IMG/VR virus record: IMGVR_UViG_3300017917_004998
Coordinates: 32,001 to 96,000 of that record
Length of the DNA stretch: 64,000 bases
DNA from: a virus
Strand: one strand, 5' to 3'
Shown: positions 1-7,901 of the stretch, piece by piece
How the letters are laid out: each line of letters starts with the position of its first letter
How positions within the stretch are numbered: position 1 is the first letter of the stretch
The notes under the pieces: generated by a model
Seen by the model: only the letters and a program-made list of their open reading frames with translations
Told to the model about the DNA's origin: nothing
The model's database searches: none
Position numbers and translations under genes: made by a program

Positions 1-43
1 TGGAATTGCTGCTAAATTACAGGTTCGAATCCTGTCCTGACTA
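1..43 (+). ncRNA. 3' half of a tRNA-like repeat element (truncated by window edge)
   Basis: ACAGG-TTCGAAT-CCTGT T arm followed by CCTGACT-A, the same 3' end as the full copies downstream. Confidence 0.7.
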
Positions 44-59
44 CTAAAATTAAAAAACT

Positions 60-155
60 ATGGGAGACCTTATAATCGTGAGTTTAGTGATGAATGTATT
101 TTCTTTTTATGCAATTTACCTCCTTAAAAAAGAAGTTGATAAATTAAAAAGGTAA
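60..155 (+). CDS. 31-aa hydrophobic peptide (MGDLIIVSLVMNVFSFYAIYLLKKEVDKLKR)
   Basis: ATG..TAA with A-rich leader, fills the gap between two tRNA-like elements; below the ORF-track cutoff. Confidence 0.55.
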   Translation: MGDLIIVSLVMNVFSFYAIYLLKKEVDKLKR

Positions 156-163
156 AACAAAAT

Positions 164-249
164 AGTCAGGTGGCGGAATTGGTTAGACGCATGCGGTAAC
201 TTTTAAACGGAAGTCTGCTAAACTACAGGTTCGAATCCTGTCCTGACTA
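164..249 (+). ncRNA. tRNA-like element, Leu-type D arm, non-canonical anticodon arm
   Basis: AGTCAGG/CCTGACT acceptor, GCGGAATTGGTTAGACGC D arm, ACAGG-TTCGAAT-CCTGT T arm; middle does not form a 5-bp stem with a 7-nt loop. Confidence 0.7.
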
Positions 250-263
250 CTAAAAATATAATT

Positions 264-446
264 ATGATAGATTTAGATAAAGCGAAATTCATCGGAGAAG
301 GTGAATGGGTTAAAGATTCAGCATATCAGGTATATGAATTGGACGGTAAATATTATTCCGTTATAGTAATTGGGCATGACAATAAAGAAATTATGGATGA
401 TTCGATAACTGAAATTGCTAAAGAAGATATTAGTAAATACATCTAA
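264..446 (+). CDS. small acidic hypothetical protein
   Basis: 60-aa ORF with A-rich leader between tRNA-like elements. Confidence 0.7.
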   Translation: MIDLDKAKFIGEGEWVKDSAYQVYELDGKYYSVIVIGHDNKEIMDDSITEIAKEDISKYI

Positions 447-453
447 ATAAAAT

Positions 454-569
454 AGTCAGGTGGCGGAATTGGATAGACGCTATTAGGGAGTTATAGTAAG
501 TGGGAATTTCTCACCGCAATCGGAGCCTTAACACTTACACTACAGGTTCAAATCCTGTCCTGACTACCA
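454..569 (+). ncRNA. tRNA-like element with ~60-nt expanded middle arm and encoded CCA
   Basis: Same acceptor, D and T arms; ends ACCA; middle has GTAAGTG/CACTTAC and small hairpins. Confidence 0.7.
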
Positions 570-594
570 AAAATCATGAGTTGTTGTTGACTCC

Positions 595-626
595 GGGGCT
601 GAGAGAAATCTCAGCCTCATTTTTTT
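595..626 (+). terminator. intrinsic terminator
   Basis: GGGGCTGAGA-GAAA-TCTCAGCCTC followed by T7. Confidence 0.8.
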
Positions 627-651
627 GAAACGTAGTGGTTTTCTATATTTA
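620..651 (+). promoter_or_regulatory. Bacteroidota-type sigma-A promoter overlapping the terminator T-tract
   Basis: T7G, 16 nt, TATATTTA; near-identical module at 1588-1619 and 2410-2441. Confidence 0.6.
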
Positions 652-671
652 CAGTATCAAACAAAAGAAAT

Positions 672-744
672 AGTCAGGTAGCTCAACGGTGAGCGGGTCC
701 GTAACAGGAGTTGCCGTATGCAGGTTCGAATCCTGTCCTGACTA
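672..744 (+). ncRNA. tRNA-sized element with poorly paired anticodon arm
   Basis: 73 nt; AGTCAGG/CCTGACT acceptor, GCTC-AACGGT-GAGC D arm, GCAGG-TTCGAAT-CCTGT T arm; GGTCC-GTAACA-GGAGT arm is irregular. Confidence 0.65.
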
Positions 745-758
745 CAAAAAATAAAGTT

Positions 759-896
759 ATGAAAAAAGATACAAAAGATACATTAAAAGTTGTTGGCATA
801 ATGATTATGTTTACATCATTACTTCTTTATAGTTTTTATGTGCATAGAAATGAACCACATTGGTTTGAAACAAGATATGTTAAAATTGTAAAATAA
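759..896 (+). CDS. 45-aa single-pass membrane peptide
   Basis: ATG at 759 after A-rich leader; hydrophobic stretch VVGIMIMFTSLLLYSFYV. Confidence 0.65.
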   Translation: MKKDTKDTLKVVGIMIMFTSLLLYSFYVHRNEPHWFETRYVKIVK

Positions 897-903
897 ACAA
901 AAT

Positions 904-1013
904 AGTCAGGTGGCGGAATGGTAGACGCAAGTGAGATATTATTAGAGCGCCTCAAGTAGCATGAGGAGTCGCAAAGTTATAATATCATACAGGTTCGAAT
1001 CCTGTCCTGACTA
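904..1013 (+). ncRNA. tRNA-like element with elongated middle arm
   Basis: Same acceptor and T arm, Leu-type D arm; GATATTAT/ATAATATC stem enclosing CCTCA-AGTAGCA-TGAGG hairpin. Confidence 0.7.
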
Positions 1014-1031
1014 CAAATAATACATCTAAAT

Positions 1032-1235
1032 ATGACAGTTAAAGAGCTCAAAGAAAAATTGGAGGGGCTTGATCCAGATATGAAAGTCGGGGGCAGAGGA
1101 CACTTCGGTGAATTCCTTCAGACATGGGATGCAAGGGTAACCGAGGCTTCCGTAGGAGGTGGCCTATATAGAGAAGGAGTAAAAGAGGAAATATTCTACA
1201 TATCAATCGAGGACGCAGGTCCAGATCCAGATTAA
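1032..1235 (+). CDS. small hypothetical protein
   Basis: 67-aa ORF with MTVKELKEKL start typical of small phage proteins. Confidence 0.7.
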   Translation: MTVKELKEKLEGLDPDMKVGGRGHFGEFLQTWDARVTEASVGGGLYREGVKEEIFYISIEDAGPDPD

Positions 1236-1236
1236 C

Positions 1237-1255
1237 CGAATCCTGTCCTGACTAC
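1237..1255 (+). repeat. 3'-only fragment of the tRNA-like repeat
   Basis: CGAATCCTGTCCTGACTAC with no upstream acceptor or D arm. Confidence 0.8.
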
Positions 1256-1277
1256 AAGCACACTGATATATACAAGA

Positions 1278-1535
1278 ATGAAAACTTACACAGAAGAAGA
1301 GGTTAAGGAATTAATCCATGCAGTGGTTTTAGAAACAGCAAAAGGAGTTAAAGATTGGTTTGAAAAGGAGACTGTCATCAAAAACAAAGAAACTGGAGAT
1401 GTGATAGAAGATGCGAACCTCTGCCTAAAGGAAGATCCAGCAAACCCGCTAAAGGGTTACATCTACCCAAGGCTCGAAAAATTCGGGATCGAGTACAACA
1501 CGGAACTAGGTGCATTTCGACCCACACAGAAGTAA
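1278..1535 (+). CDS. hypothetical protein
   Basis: 85-aa ORF; GATATATA at 1265-1272. Confidence 0.7.
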   Translation: MKTYTEEEVKELIHAVVLETAKGVKDWFEKETVIKNKETGDVIEDANLCLKEDPANPLKGYIYPRLEKFGIEYNTELGAFRPTQK

Positions 1536-1562
1536 AAAAAATCATGAGTTGTTGTTGACTCC

Positions 1563-1594
1563 GAGGCTTAGAATTTTCTAAGCCTCATTTTTTT
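1563..1594 (+). terminator. intrinsic terminator, paralog of 595-626
   Basis: GAGGCTTAGA-ATTT-TCTAAGCCTC followed by T7; compensatory change relative to first copy. Confidence 0.8.
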
Positions 1595-1637
1595 GCCGCG
1601 CAGTTTTATTCTACATTTACAGTATCAAACAACAACC

Positions 1638-2318
1638 ATGGACAAGGCAAGCGCAATCATCACAGTCAGAGACCACTTCTCCTACAACGAAGAGATCTTA
1701 AATGAGATCCTCCAGGACATAGAGTCTTTCAACAGGAAATGGTGTTTCTACGAGTTCGTGACTTCCAAGGTGACACTCATCAGGGAGACCAACTACAAGA
1801 GGGCAAAGATCGGGGAAAAGATCCAGATCGACTCACAGGGATGGAAATACCACGGGGCACAGGTAGTAGTGGAGAAGAAGAGGTTTGGGATGGTAGAGTG
1901 CTACGTTCCAGGAGACGACAAGGTAAGACTCAAGATAAACCCAAGCTCCATCAGGTTCACACCTCAGATGAAGAAGGAGAAGATCAGCTACAAAGTCGGA
2001 GACCTAGTTCTCATCGCTGAAAGCAGGTTCAGACCACGCTACGAAGACGGTGACGTCTTCAGGATCGTCTGGAAGGGAGCGAAGTACGTAAGGGTGGAAC
2101 CAAGAAACCCAAGATGCAAAATCCACACGGACAAAGACCAGGTCGGAGGTCGACCAGGAGACAACATCAGGGAGTACGCAGACTTCGAGGGCAGGAAGGT
2201 CTTCCGAGAGAGTGTCTACTCCATGGATATTCCCAACGACAAACTCCAGCCTGTCAAAGAGTATTACGGGGAGGAAATGGGAGGCCTACTCGGAGACCTA
2301 GACTGCATAGGTCTCTAA
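1638..2318 (+). CDS. hypothetical protein, SH3/KOW-like segments, C-terminal DLxxIGL
   Basis: ATG at 1638 after promoter and CAACAACC leader; ends LLGDLDCIGL. Confidence 0.7.
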   Translation: MDKASAIITVRDHFSYNEEILNEILQDIESFNRKWCFYEFVTSKVTLIRETNYKRAKIGEKIQIDSQGWKYHGAQVVVEKKRFGMVECYVPGDDKVRLKINPSSIRFTPQMKKEKISYKVGDLVLIAESRFRPRYEDGDVFRIVWKGAKYVRVEPRNPRCKIHTDKDQVGGRPGDNIREYADFEGRKVFRESVYSMDIPNDKLQPVKEYYGEEMGGLLGDLDCIGL

Positions 2319-2461
2319 GTACAATCCTCTGCTCTGGTCTTAGCCTTACTCTGTTCACAGTGGTGTACACCTCGACCTAAAAAAAAATCTAAAAAAATTA
2401 GGCCTCGCATTTTTTCTGCTCGAGGCCTAGATCTATATTTACAGTATCAAACAACAACAAC

Positions 2462-2950
2462 ATGATACGCTCAAACGTTAACCCACTCCACCTTCCCCAG
2501 CTTTTCTTCGCTGGACGTGCACTCCTCACTTTCCACAACACCGAGAGAAACACCCACATGACCGTGAAGGTAATCCAAGCAAGGGACAAGGCAGATCGCA
2601 AGATCAAGCTTCCCTACTTCTTCGTCAACATCTCCCTCCTCGGAGACAGCGACCAGGGATTCCGCTACGCCGGCATCATCTACCAGAACACTCTCACCTT
2701 CCGTCCCAACGAAGCAATCCTCCACGACACACAGATGCAGAAAACAATGCTCTTCATCATGGAGGCTATCAAGAACCCTCAGCTCCTCAGGGATCGCAAG
2801 GTGTCTCTGCTCCACGAAGGCAAATGCTGCCGGTGCTCTTTACCGCTTAGCAATCCCCAGTCAATCGACAGAGGGCTAGGAGACGACTGCCACGCCTACG
2901 TCTTCGGCACAGACAATCTCGCACAAAAGAAGAAGCTTGGTCTCTTATAA
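2462..2950 (+). CDS. DUF6011-type zinc-binding protein
   Basis: C-terminal CCRCSLPLSNPQSIDRGLGDDC matches the CxxCxxPLxxPxSIxRGxGxxC pattern. Confidence 0.75.
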   Translation: MIRSNVNPLHLPQLFFAGRALLTFHNTERNTHMTVKVIQARDKADRKIKLPYFFVNISLLGDSDQGFRYAGIIYQNTLTFRPNEAILHDTQMQKTMLFIMEAIKNPQLLRDRKVSLLHEGKCCRCSLPLSNPQSIDRGLGDDCHAYVFGTDNLAQKKKLGLL

Positions 2951-3014
2951 CCAAGCTTCCCATTTTTTCATCACGCACACAGACATTACATTTACAGCAT
3001 CAACAACAAAGAGA

Positions 3015-3959
3015 ATGGCAAGAAAAACATCCACCGGCATACGCAAGCCAATGTCACCAGAGGCTAGGGCAAAGATAGCAGAGGCTGTAAAAAAGTCTGC
3101 GCAGAAGAAGCGCATCGAAGCAGGCCTACCGCCAGACCAGCCACTTCCTGTCGGTCCAGTCAGGCAAAAGCCGATCGACATCATCCAGATGCGCAACCAG
3201 GAATTCGACCAGGACCTGTTCGTGCCAATGTCAACAGGCAGGGAGATAGACTTCCTGTTCTCTCTGGAGGGAGGTATCAACAAGGCAACGAACTACCTCG
3301 TCATCGGAGATCCAGGGGTGGGCAAATCGACAGTCACCCTCGACATCGTCTCAGACCTGGTCAGTCTTGGCTACCAGTGTCTGTTCATCTCAGCAGAGAT
3401 GACCAGGATAGATCTCTTCAAATACGTACAGAGGTTCCCCAAGTTTGGACACGTAGACACTCTCTTCCTTGGTGAGTACTGCGACGACAGCCCAAAGCTC
3501 GTTATCGAGGAGGCTCTGTCAAAAGGTTACGATCTCGTATTAATCGACTCATTCGTCGAGGTACAGGATTCAGTCAAGGAGTCAAACAAGGTGACAAGCT
3601 CATCAGCAGAGAAATGGCTCATCGATCAGATGCTCAAGAACAACCTTGGGGAGAACGACCAGGGGAAAAACACCACCTTCCTCTGTATCCAACAGGTGAC
3701 TAAGGGAGGAGTCTTCTTGGGCTCAAACCGACTCAAGCACAACACCACCGGGATGTTGGAGATCAGGTTCGACGAAGACTTACCAGGTGCTTCCTTCCTG
3801 CACTTCACCAAGAACAGACGTGGACCAACACAGGTTAAGATGTACTTCGAACTTGCCTCAGGCGGACAAGTCATCTACACAGATCCAACCGGACAGACAC
3901 TGGATCCAAAGAATCCGATCGAACAGTTGGCAGCCCTAGTCAACCCATTCGGAAAATAA
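3015..3959 (+). CDS. RadA/Sms-like RecA-fold ATPase with basic N-terminal extension
   Basis: GDPGVGKS Walker A, ISAEM, LVLIDS Walker B, KNRRG (cf. RadA KNRFG); no Zn finger or Lon-like domain. Confidence 0.75.
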   Translation: MARKTSTGIRKPMSPEARAKIAEAVKKSAQKKRIEAGLPPDQPLPVGPVRQKPIDIIQMRNQEFDQDLFVPMSTGREIDFLFSLEGGINKATNYLVIGDPGVGKSTVTLDIVSDLVSLGYQCLFISAEMTRIDLFKYVQRFPKFGHVDTLFLGEYCDDSPKLVIEEALSKGYDLVLIDSFVEVQDSVKESNKVTSSSAEKWLIDQMLKNNLGENDQGKNTTFLCIQQVTKGGVFLGSNRLKHNTTGMLEIRFDEDLPGASFLHFTKNRRGPTQVKMYFELASGGQVIYTDPTGQTLDPKNPIEQLAALVNPFGK

Positions 3960-4006
3960 TCGCATTCCCATTTTTTCAAAACGGAGTCTCACACTACATT
4001 TGTAAT

Positions 4007-4258
4007 ATGGAAAAGGACGTAACGATCACAGAAGGACTCGGACTACCCAACGAGATCTTCGTCCAGACCAGAGACATAGTCCAGGAGCACTGGGGGAATA
4101 GCTCCACAGTCAGCGAAGCCCTGGAAGACATAGCCAGGGGGATACAGGAAGAGGATCTAGGTACCGATGTGCCACTCTCAACCTACGAGAAGAGACTGAT
4201 CCTTGCTGGATACATTACTGGAAGGCACCACCAGGCCCTGAAGGAAATGGGATTTTAA
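4007..4258 (+). CDS. hypothetical protein
   Basis: 83-aa ORF behind TACATTTG at 3995-4002; ends LKEMGF. Confidence 0.7.
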   Translation: MEKDVTITEGLGLPNEIFVQTRDIVQEHWGNSSTVSEALEDIARGIQEEDLGTDVPLSTYEKRLILAGYITGRHHQALKEMGF

Positions 4259-4297
4259 AAACCATCACCAGATCTTCCAACTGCCATTAGGAGATCG

Positions 4298-4325
4298 CCA
4301 AGGCCTAACGAGGCCTTGGTTTTTT
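4298..4325 (+). terminator. intrinsic terminator
   Basis: CCAAGGCCT-AACG-AGGCCTTGG perfect stem followed by T run. Confidence 0.85.
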
Positions 4326-4699
4326 GTGCGGCTAGGCCTCTTAACCCCGGGGCTACCCTAGGCCCCACAAGACCTCCGAGGAGGCCTATAAAACTCCCCG
4401 GGGGGTCTCCTCTTTAATCCCTGCAACTCTAGGGAAATCCCCACCACTTCCTCCCTATAACAACGCATCCCACAGGGGACTTTTGCGGGGGTTTTTGTAC
4501 ATTGGCCCCCTTAGTCCCCCTGGAGGGGGGTTAAAACAGGGGTCCTGCATATAGGTGAGGGTCCCCTATAAAGGGCCCTATGAATACTAGGGGCCGGATT
4601 CGCTTAGGGGACCAGATTAGGGGACCCTCAGAGGTCCAGATTCGGGGGGCCCTCGCGTATGGGGGAATCTGATGGGGGAGGCCCGGCGCTTGCGTTTTT
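4326..4699. other. GC-rich non-coding element (candidate origin or terminus region)
   Basis: No credible ORF; many C4-C5 runs in the left half and G4-G6 runs in the right half; short palindromes AGGCCT, CCCCGGGG, GGGCCC. Confidence 0.55.
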
Positions 4700-4833
4700 G
4701 GGCTGAGTTTTATTAAGAGGTTAGTTGGGCTGAGTTTTATTAAGTGATATCCTATGGGCTGAGTTTTATTAAGAGGTTAGTTGGGCTGGGTTTTATTAAG
4801 AGATTTATTAAGAGCTTTATTAAGAGGTTAGTT
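4700..4833 (+). repeat. iteron-like direct repeats
   Basis: GGGCTG(A/G)GTTTTATTAAG at 4700, 4727, 4756, 4783; TTTATTAAG also at 4804, 4816; AGGTTAGTT three times. Confidence 0.85.
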
Positions 4834-4887
4834 GTGTTGTGCAATCCTATCGAGAGAACACATCTCTACACCAGTCATATAATCATC

Positions 4888-5208
4888 ATGGAAAATAGAG
4901 AGTACAGCGTCAATGAATTCAGAAGGAGAACCAAGGAGGAGAAGGTGATCGATTCTTTTGCTGCCATTATAGACAAGATGTTTGAGATCGGTGGTCACAC
5001 AACCAGGTACAAAGATGTTGTTGGCAGAAAAGATGCATGGTACCAGGAATGGGAGATGACACTGGAGCAGAATGAGATGTGGAAGGCTTGGGGCATCGAT
5101 TTTCTGAAGCGGGAATTGAAGATGAATCAGAGACAGGCATCTATTGAAATGGGAATGATTAGCATGAACTGGGGTTTGACAATTTCTGATTGGAAAGCAG
5201 ATGTTTAG
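4888..5208 (+). CDS. hypothetical protein, paralog of 10206-10454
   Basis: ATG at 4888; shares KMFEI.G....Y.D.V.RKD.W with 10206. Confidence 0.75.
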   Translation: MENREYSVNEFRRRTKEEKVIDSFAAIIDKMFEIGGHTTRYKDVVGRKDAWYQEWEMTLEQNEMWKAWGIDFLKRELKMNQRQASIEMGMISMNWGLTISDWKADV

Positions 5209-5590
5209 GATTTTCCTGTTCTGCATGTTTGCTCTCTGTGGAGTAGCAAGAGCACAGTCCTGTAACTTCGATCCAGTTGGCATGACCGAGCACATTTCTC
5301 ATGGCGATCTTGAAAGGATGTGTGCGGACACTGTCATGTGGATCGTAGAGAAGCCTGGGGATCGTTGGGTGTCGTATGATGTTAGTTCCCGTAGAGCGGG
5401 AAAGAGATTTCGCAGAATGAGCGGTTTGGAGCAGCTGACTCTGGTTGAGTACTACCACACAGACTGCTTCTTTGTCGTTGGTAGGGAATGCTCAGTAGGC
5501 AGATGTCTGCATAGATACAGACTTGTTGTTGATGAGAGGTGTCGCATTGTCTCTATAGAGGTGATACTGTGCCATGACTATGATATATAG
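5201..5590 (+). CDS. hypothetical protein with probable signal peptide
   Basis: Hydrophobic N-terminus ending ARAQ; overlaps preceding stop. Confidence 0.6.
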   Translation: MFRIFLFCMFALCGVARAQSCNFDPVGMTEHISHGDLERMCADTVMWIVEKPGDRWVSYDVSSRRAGKRFRRMSGLEQLTLVEYYHTDCFFVVGRECSVGRCLHRYRLVVDERCRIVSIEVILCHDYDI

Positions 5591-5593
5591 TGC

Positions 5594-6040
5594 ATGTCCA
5601 TTCTTAGATTCTGCGATTACGTTTTAGAGGATGGTCTCATTGGAGATCTTTCTTCTTTGGGATTTGATAGCTATTCTGGATGGATGGTGATGATCTATTC
5701 TGAGTATACCAAAGGGATTGAGATGAAGGCTGGAATTTATGCAGTGGTTGCCAAAAGCGTATTTGATGCATCAGAGATGATTATCGAGAATCTCGGGATC
5801 TTAGACCATTCGGATTCTTTGATTGAACCATTGAGTGGTGACACGTTTGAGGAATGTCTGGAGGAGCCGGCGAAGAGGCACATGAGCAGATTCAAGATAG
5901 CTAGGGTTTATTCAGGTCTTGTCCCTATTAAAGGAGAGGACTATTGTCTTGAGATTGATTGGACAAACCCAAAGCTTGCTATCAAAGATCTCAAAAGCAT
6001 TTTTAGCAACGTGGATGCAGTGCTGGACAGAGGTTTCTAA
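5594..6040 (+). CDS. hypothetical protein with DLxxLGF motif
   Basis: LIGDLSSLGF near N-terminus; ends LDRGF. Confidence 0.7.
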   Translation: MSILRFCDYVLEDGLIGDLSSLGFDSYSGWMVMIYSEYTKGIEMKAGIYAVVAKSVFDASEMIIENLGILDHSDSLIEPLSGDTFEECLEEPAKRHMSRFKIARVYSGLVPIKGEDYCLEIDWTNPKLAIKDLKSIFSNVDAVLDRGF

Positions 6041-6091
6041 TCTTTCGCTTTAACGTTTTTTCTTGCCGTATGCAGTGCTTATATTTGCACT

Positions 6092-6499
6092 ATGGAATCT
6101 TTGATTGACGATCTCGAAGCTATTGGATTCGGTTCTGAGTTCAGCTGCGGAAAGGAGTGGGGTTATGGTGCTGAATTTGGCACCATCCCAGACGGCAGAA
6201 GTGATATGCACTTTTCCGCTAAAGTGGTGGAGAGACTGCTGTTATTGGATGCGCTAGAGGGCAAAATGTGTTTAGGTGGGTCTCTGGTCTTTAGATATTA
6301 TGTTGTGCTGGACGAAAGGCAGGTGAGCTTCTACCTTGTTCCCATTAATGACGATTTGTGCATCTTGATCTGCTCTTATGCTGTTGCCTTTGGCCCGGAT
6401 GCGTTAAGAATGAGGGTTTCAGACCCAGAAGAAGTTAGGAATCTGCATCTGCACCTCGGTCAGCTGGTGAAATGCACATTAAGCAACGTATGGATCTGA
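6092..6499 (+). CDS. hypothetical protein, paralog of 6499-6930
   Basis: TATATTTG at 6080-6087; starts MESLIDDLEAIGF. Confidence 0.7.
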   Translation: MESLIDDLEAIGFGSEFSCGKEWGYGAEFGTIPDGRSDMHFSAKVVERLLLLDALEGKMCLGGSLVFRYYVVLDERQVSFYLVPINDDLCILICSYAVAFGPDALRMRVSDPEEVRNLHLHLGQLVKCTLSNVWI

Positions 6500-6930
6500 T
6501 GGACGAATCTTTGATTGACGATCTTGCATCTCTTGGGCTAAAGTTCGAGTTCAGACGTGGTGTAGACTGGGGCTACGGCAGGAGTCTGGACAAAGAACCA
6601 GATGGCAAACACTACATGTTCTTTACACCAGAGGCAGTTGAGAGACTTAGTGCGATTGGAGCTCTTGCGGGAAAGCAAGGATCTCTTGCTCATAACTTCG
6701 TGTACAATAGTGTCTGGCAGAACATGTATCGCGTGAGCTTCTATTTGCACAGGACTTCTGCAGTGTCCCTTAGTGATCCTCGCTCACGAAAGGATGTAAT
6801 GTATTACCTGGCTGGATCCTGCGGTGACTCTGGATTCGGTGTCGGGTATCTGCAATATCGCTTTCGTCCCAGTACGATCAAGAAGTTTCAGAAGGAGATA
6901 GAAGAATTGGTCTTGTCTCTGAGAGGCTGA
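6499..6930 (+). CDS. hypothetical protein, paralog of 6092-6499
   Basis: TGATG stop/start overlap; ESLIDDL...WGYG...PDG...VERL shared. Confidence 0.7.
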   Translation: MDESLIDDLASLGLKFEFRRGVDWGYGRSLDKEPDGKHYMFFTPEAVERLSAIGALAGKQGSLAHNFVYNSVWQNMYRVSFYLHRTSAVSLSDPRSRKDVMYYLAGSCGDSGFGVGYLQYRFRPSTIKKFQKEIEELVLSLRG

Positions 6931-7004
6931 TCAGATCCGAAAATCTGGTGCCTGGGCCCGTTGAAAATTGGGCGAAAAAATGCCCTTTGTCTGATATATA
7001 ATGG

Positions 7005-7499
7005 ATGAAACATTTGTATGAATATGAAGACTCTGACGTCAGAGATCTGATGCAGAATCTGAAGGACATTGGCATCAATGATCTTCAGTCAGTCTTCATC
7101 CAAACGATTTCCAAGGGCGAGGAATCTTTCGATTGCTGGATCTTGGTTGGCAAAGACGAAGAGCAGATGGTCGAGATGCTGTTGGATGACGACATGGTCA
7201 GTCCAATCCCAGTGTCGTTGAGATCCAGATTTTCTGGCACAAAAACACTCAGTGATCTGTTTTTGTCCTCAAGCAACCTCAGAGTGTCGGACAGCGACCT
7301 GATCCACTTCACATTCTTTAGAGATCTGGAGCTTAGACCTTCAGTAAAAGAACCAATGCTTGTCTGCTTTCACGGCAACGAATTCTACAGGAGCATCAAT
7401 CTTCTTGAGACATATTACACAAACATCCAGGATGTTATGTACGAAAAATTGAGGGCAGACTGGGGCAACAATCTCTACGTTCAAAAATGGGGAAAGTGA
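7005..7499 (+). CDS. putative internal head protein
   Basis: GATATATA at 6993-7000; MKHLYEYE N-terminus then DLMQNLKDIGI. Confidence 0.65.
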   Translation: MKHLYEYEDSDVRDLMQNLKDIGINDLQSVFIQTISKGEESFDCWILVGKDEEQMVEMLLDDDMVSPIPVSLRSRFSGTKTLSDLFLSSSNLRVSDSDLIHFTFFRDLELRPSVKEPMLVCFHGNEFYRSINLLETYYTNIQDVMYEKLRADWGNNLYVQKWGK

Positions 7500-7897
7500 T
7501 GAAGCACTTAAGGGGATATCCGGTTTTCATTAACGAGAAAGGAGATGATAAAGAACTGATGGATCTCCTGAAGGATATGCAGGGACTGGGTCTGACGCTA
7601 ACTGACGAGGAGAAAGACATGCTTGATTTTGTTAATCAATTTGGTGGTGGCATGTCTGCTGAAGACTATGCAGAGACCCTATACGATTACTTCACCAATC
7701 CAGAAGAGTATGAGATAGACAAGGAGGGGGACTACTACGACATGATCTGGTACCTCTTCGAGAACTCGGTAGAGGATCACGCAAGGTGTCCTTCTGCGAT
7801 GGTAGCATATCACAGATGGGATACATCTTCAATAGAGCAGGAACCTTTATACAAGCTCTACATCAAAATGTCGAATTACTACAATAAACGTAAATAA
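7499..7897 (+). CDS. putative internal head protein
   Basis: TGATG overlap; MKHLRGYPVFINE then DMQGLGL. Confidence 0.65.
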   Translation: MKHLRGYPVFINEKGDDKELMDLLKDMQGLGLTLTDEEKDMLDFVNQFGGGMSAEDYAETLYDYFTNPEEYEIDKEGDYYDMIWYLFENSVEDHARCPSAMVAYHRWDTSSIEQEPLYKLYIKMSNYYNKRK

Positions 7898-7901
7898 AAA
7901 A

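Noticed and set aside
164-1013. Assigning amino-acid identities to the tRNA-like elements
   Set aside because: No copy has a canonical anticodon arm; the TAG in the 904 copy lies in a displaced hairpin lacking U33.
1739-2380. Alternative-frame ORFs 1739-2020 and 2114-2380, and most antisense ORFs in the track
   Set aside because: They overlap better-supported genes, lack leaders and show shadow-frame composition.
4700-4833. CRISPR array or the 4744 ORF N-terminal extension
   Set aside because: Inter-repeat segments are only 9-11 nt and themselves repeated; the repetitive peptide is an artefact, and the real start is ATG 4888.
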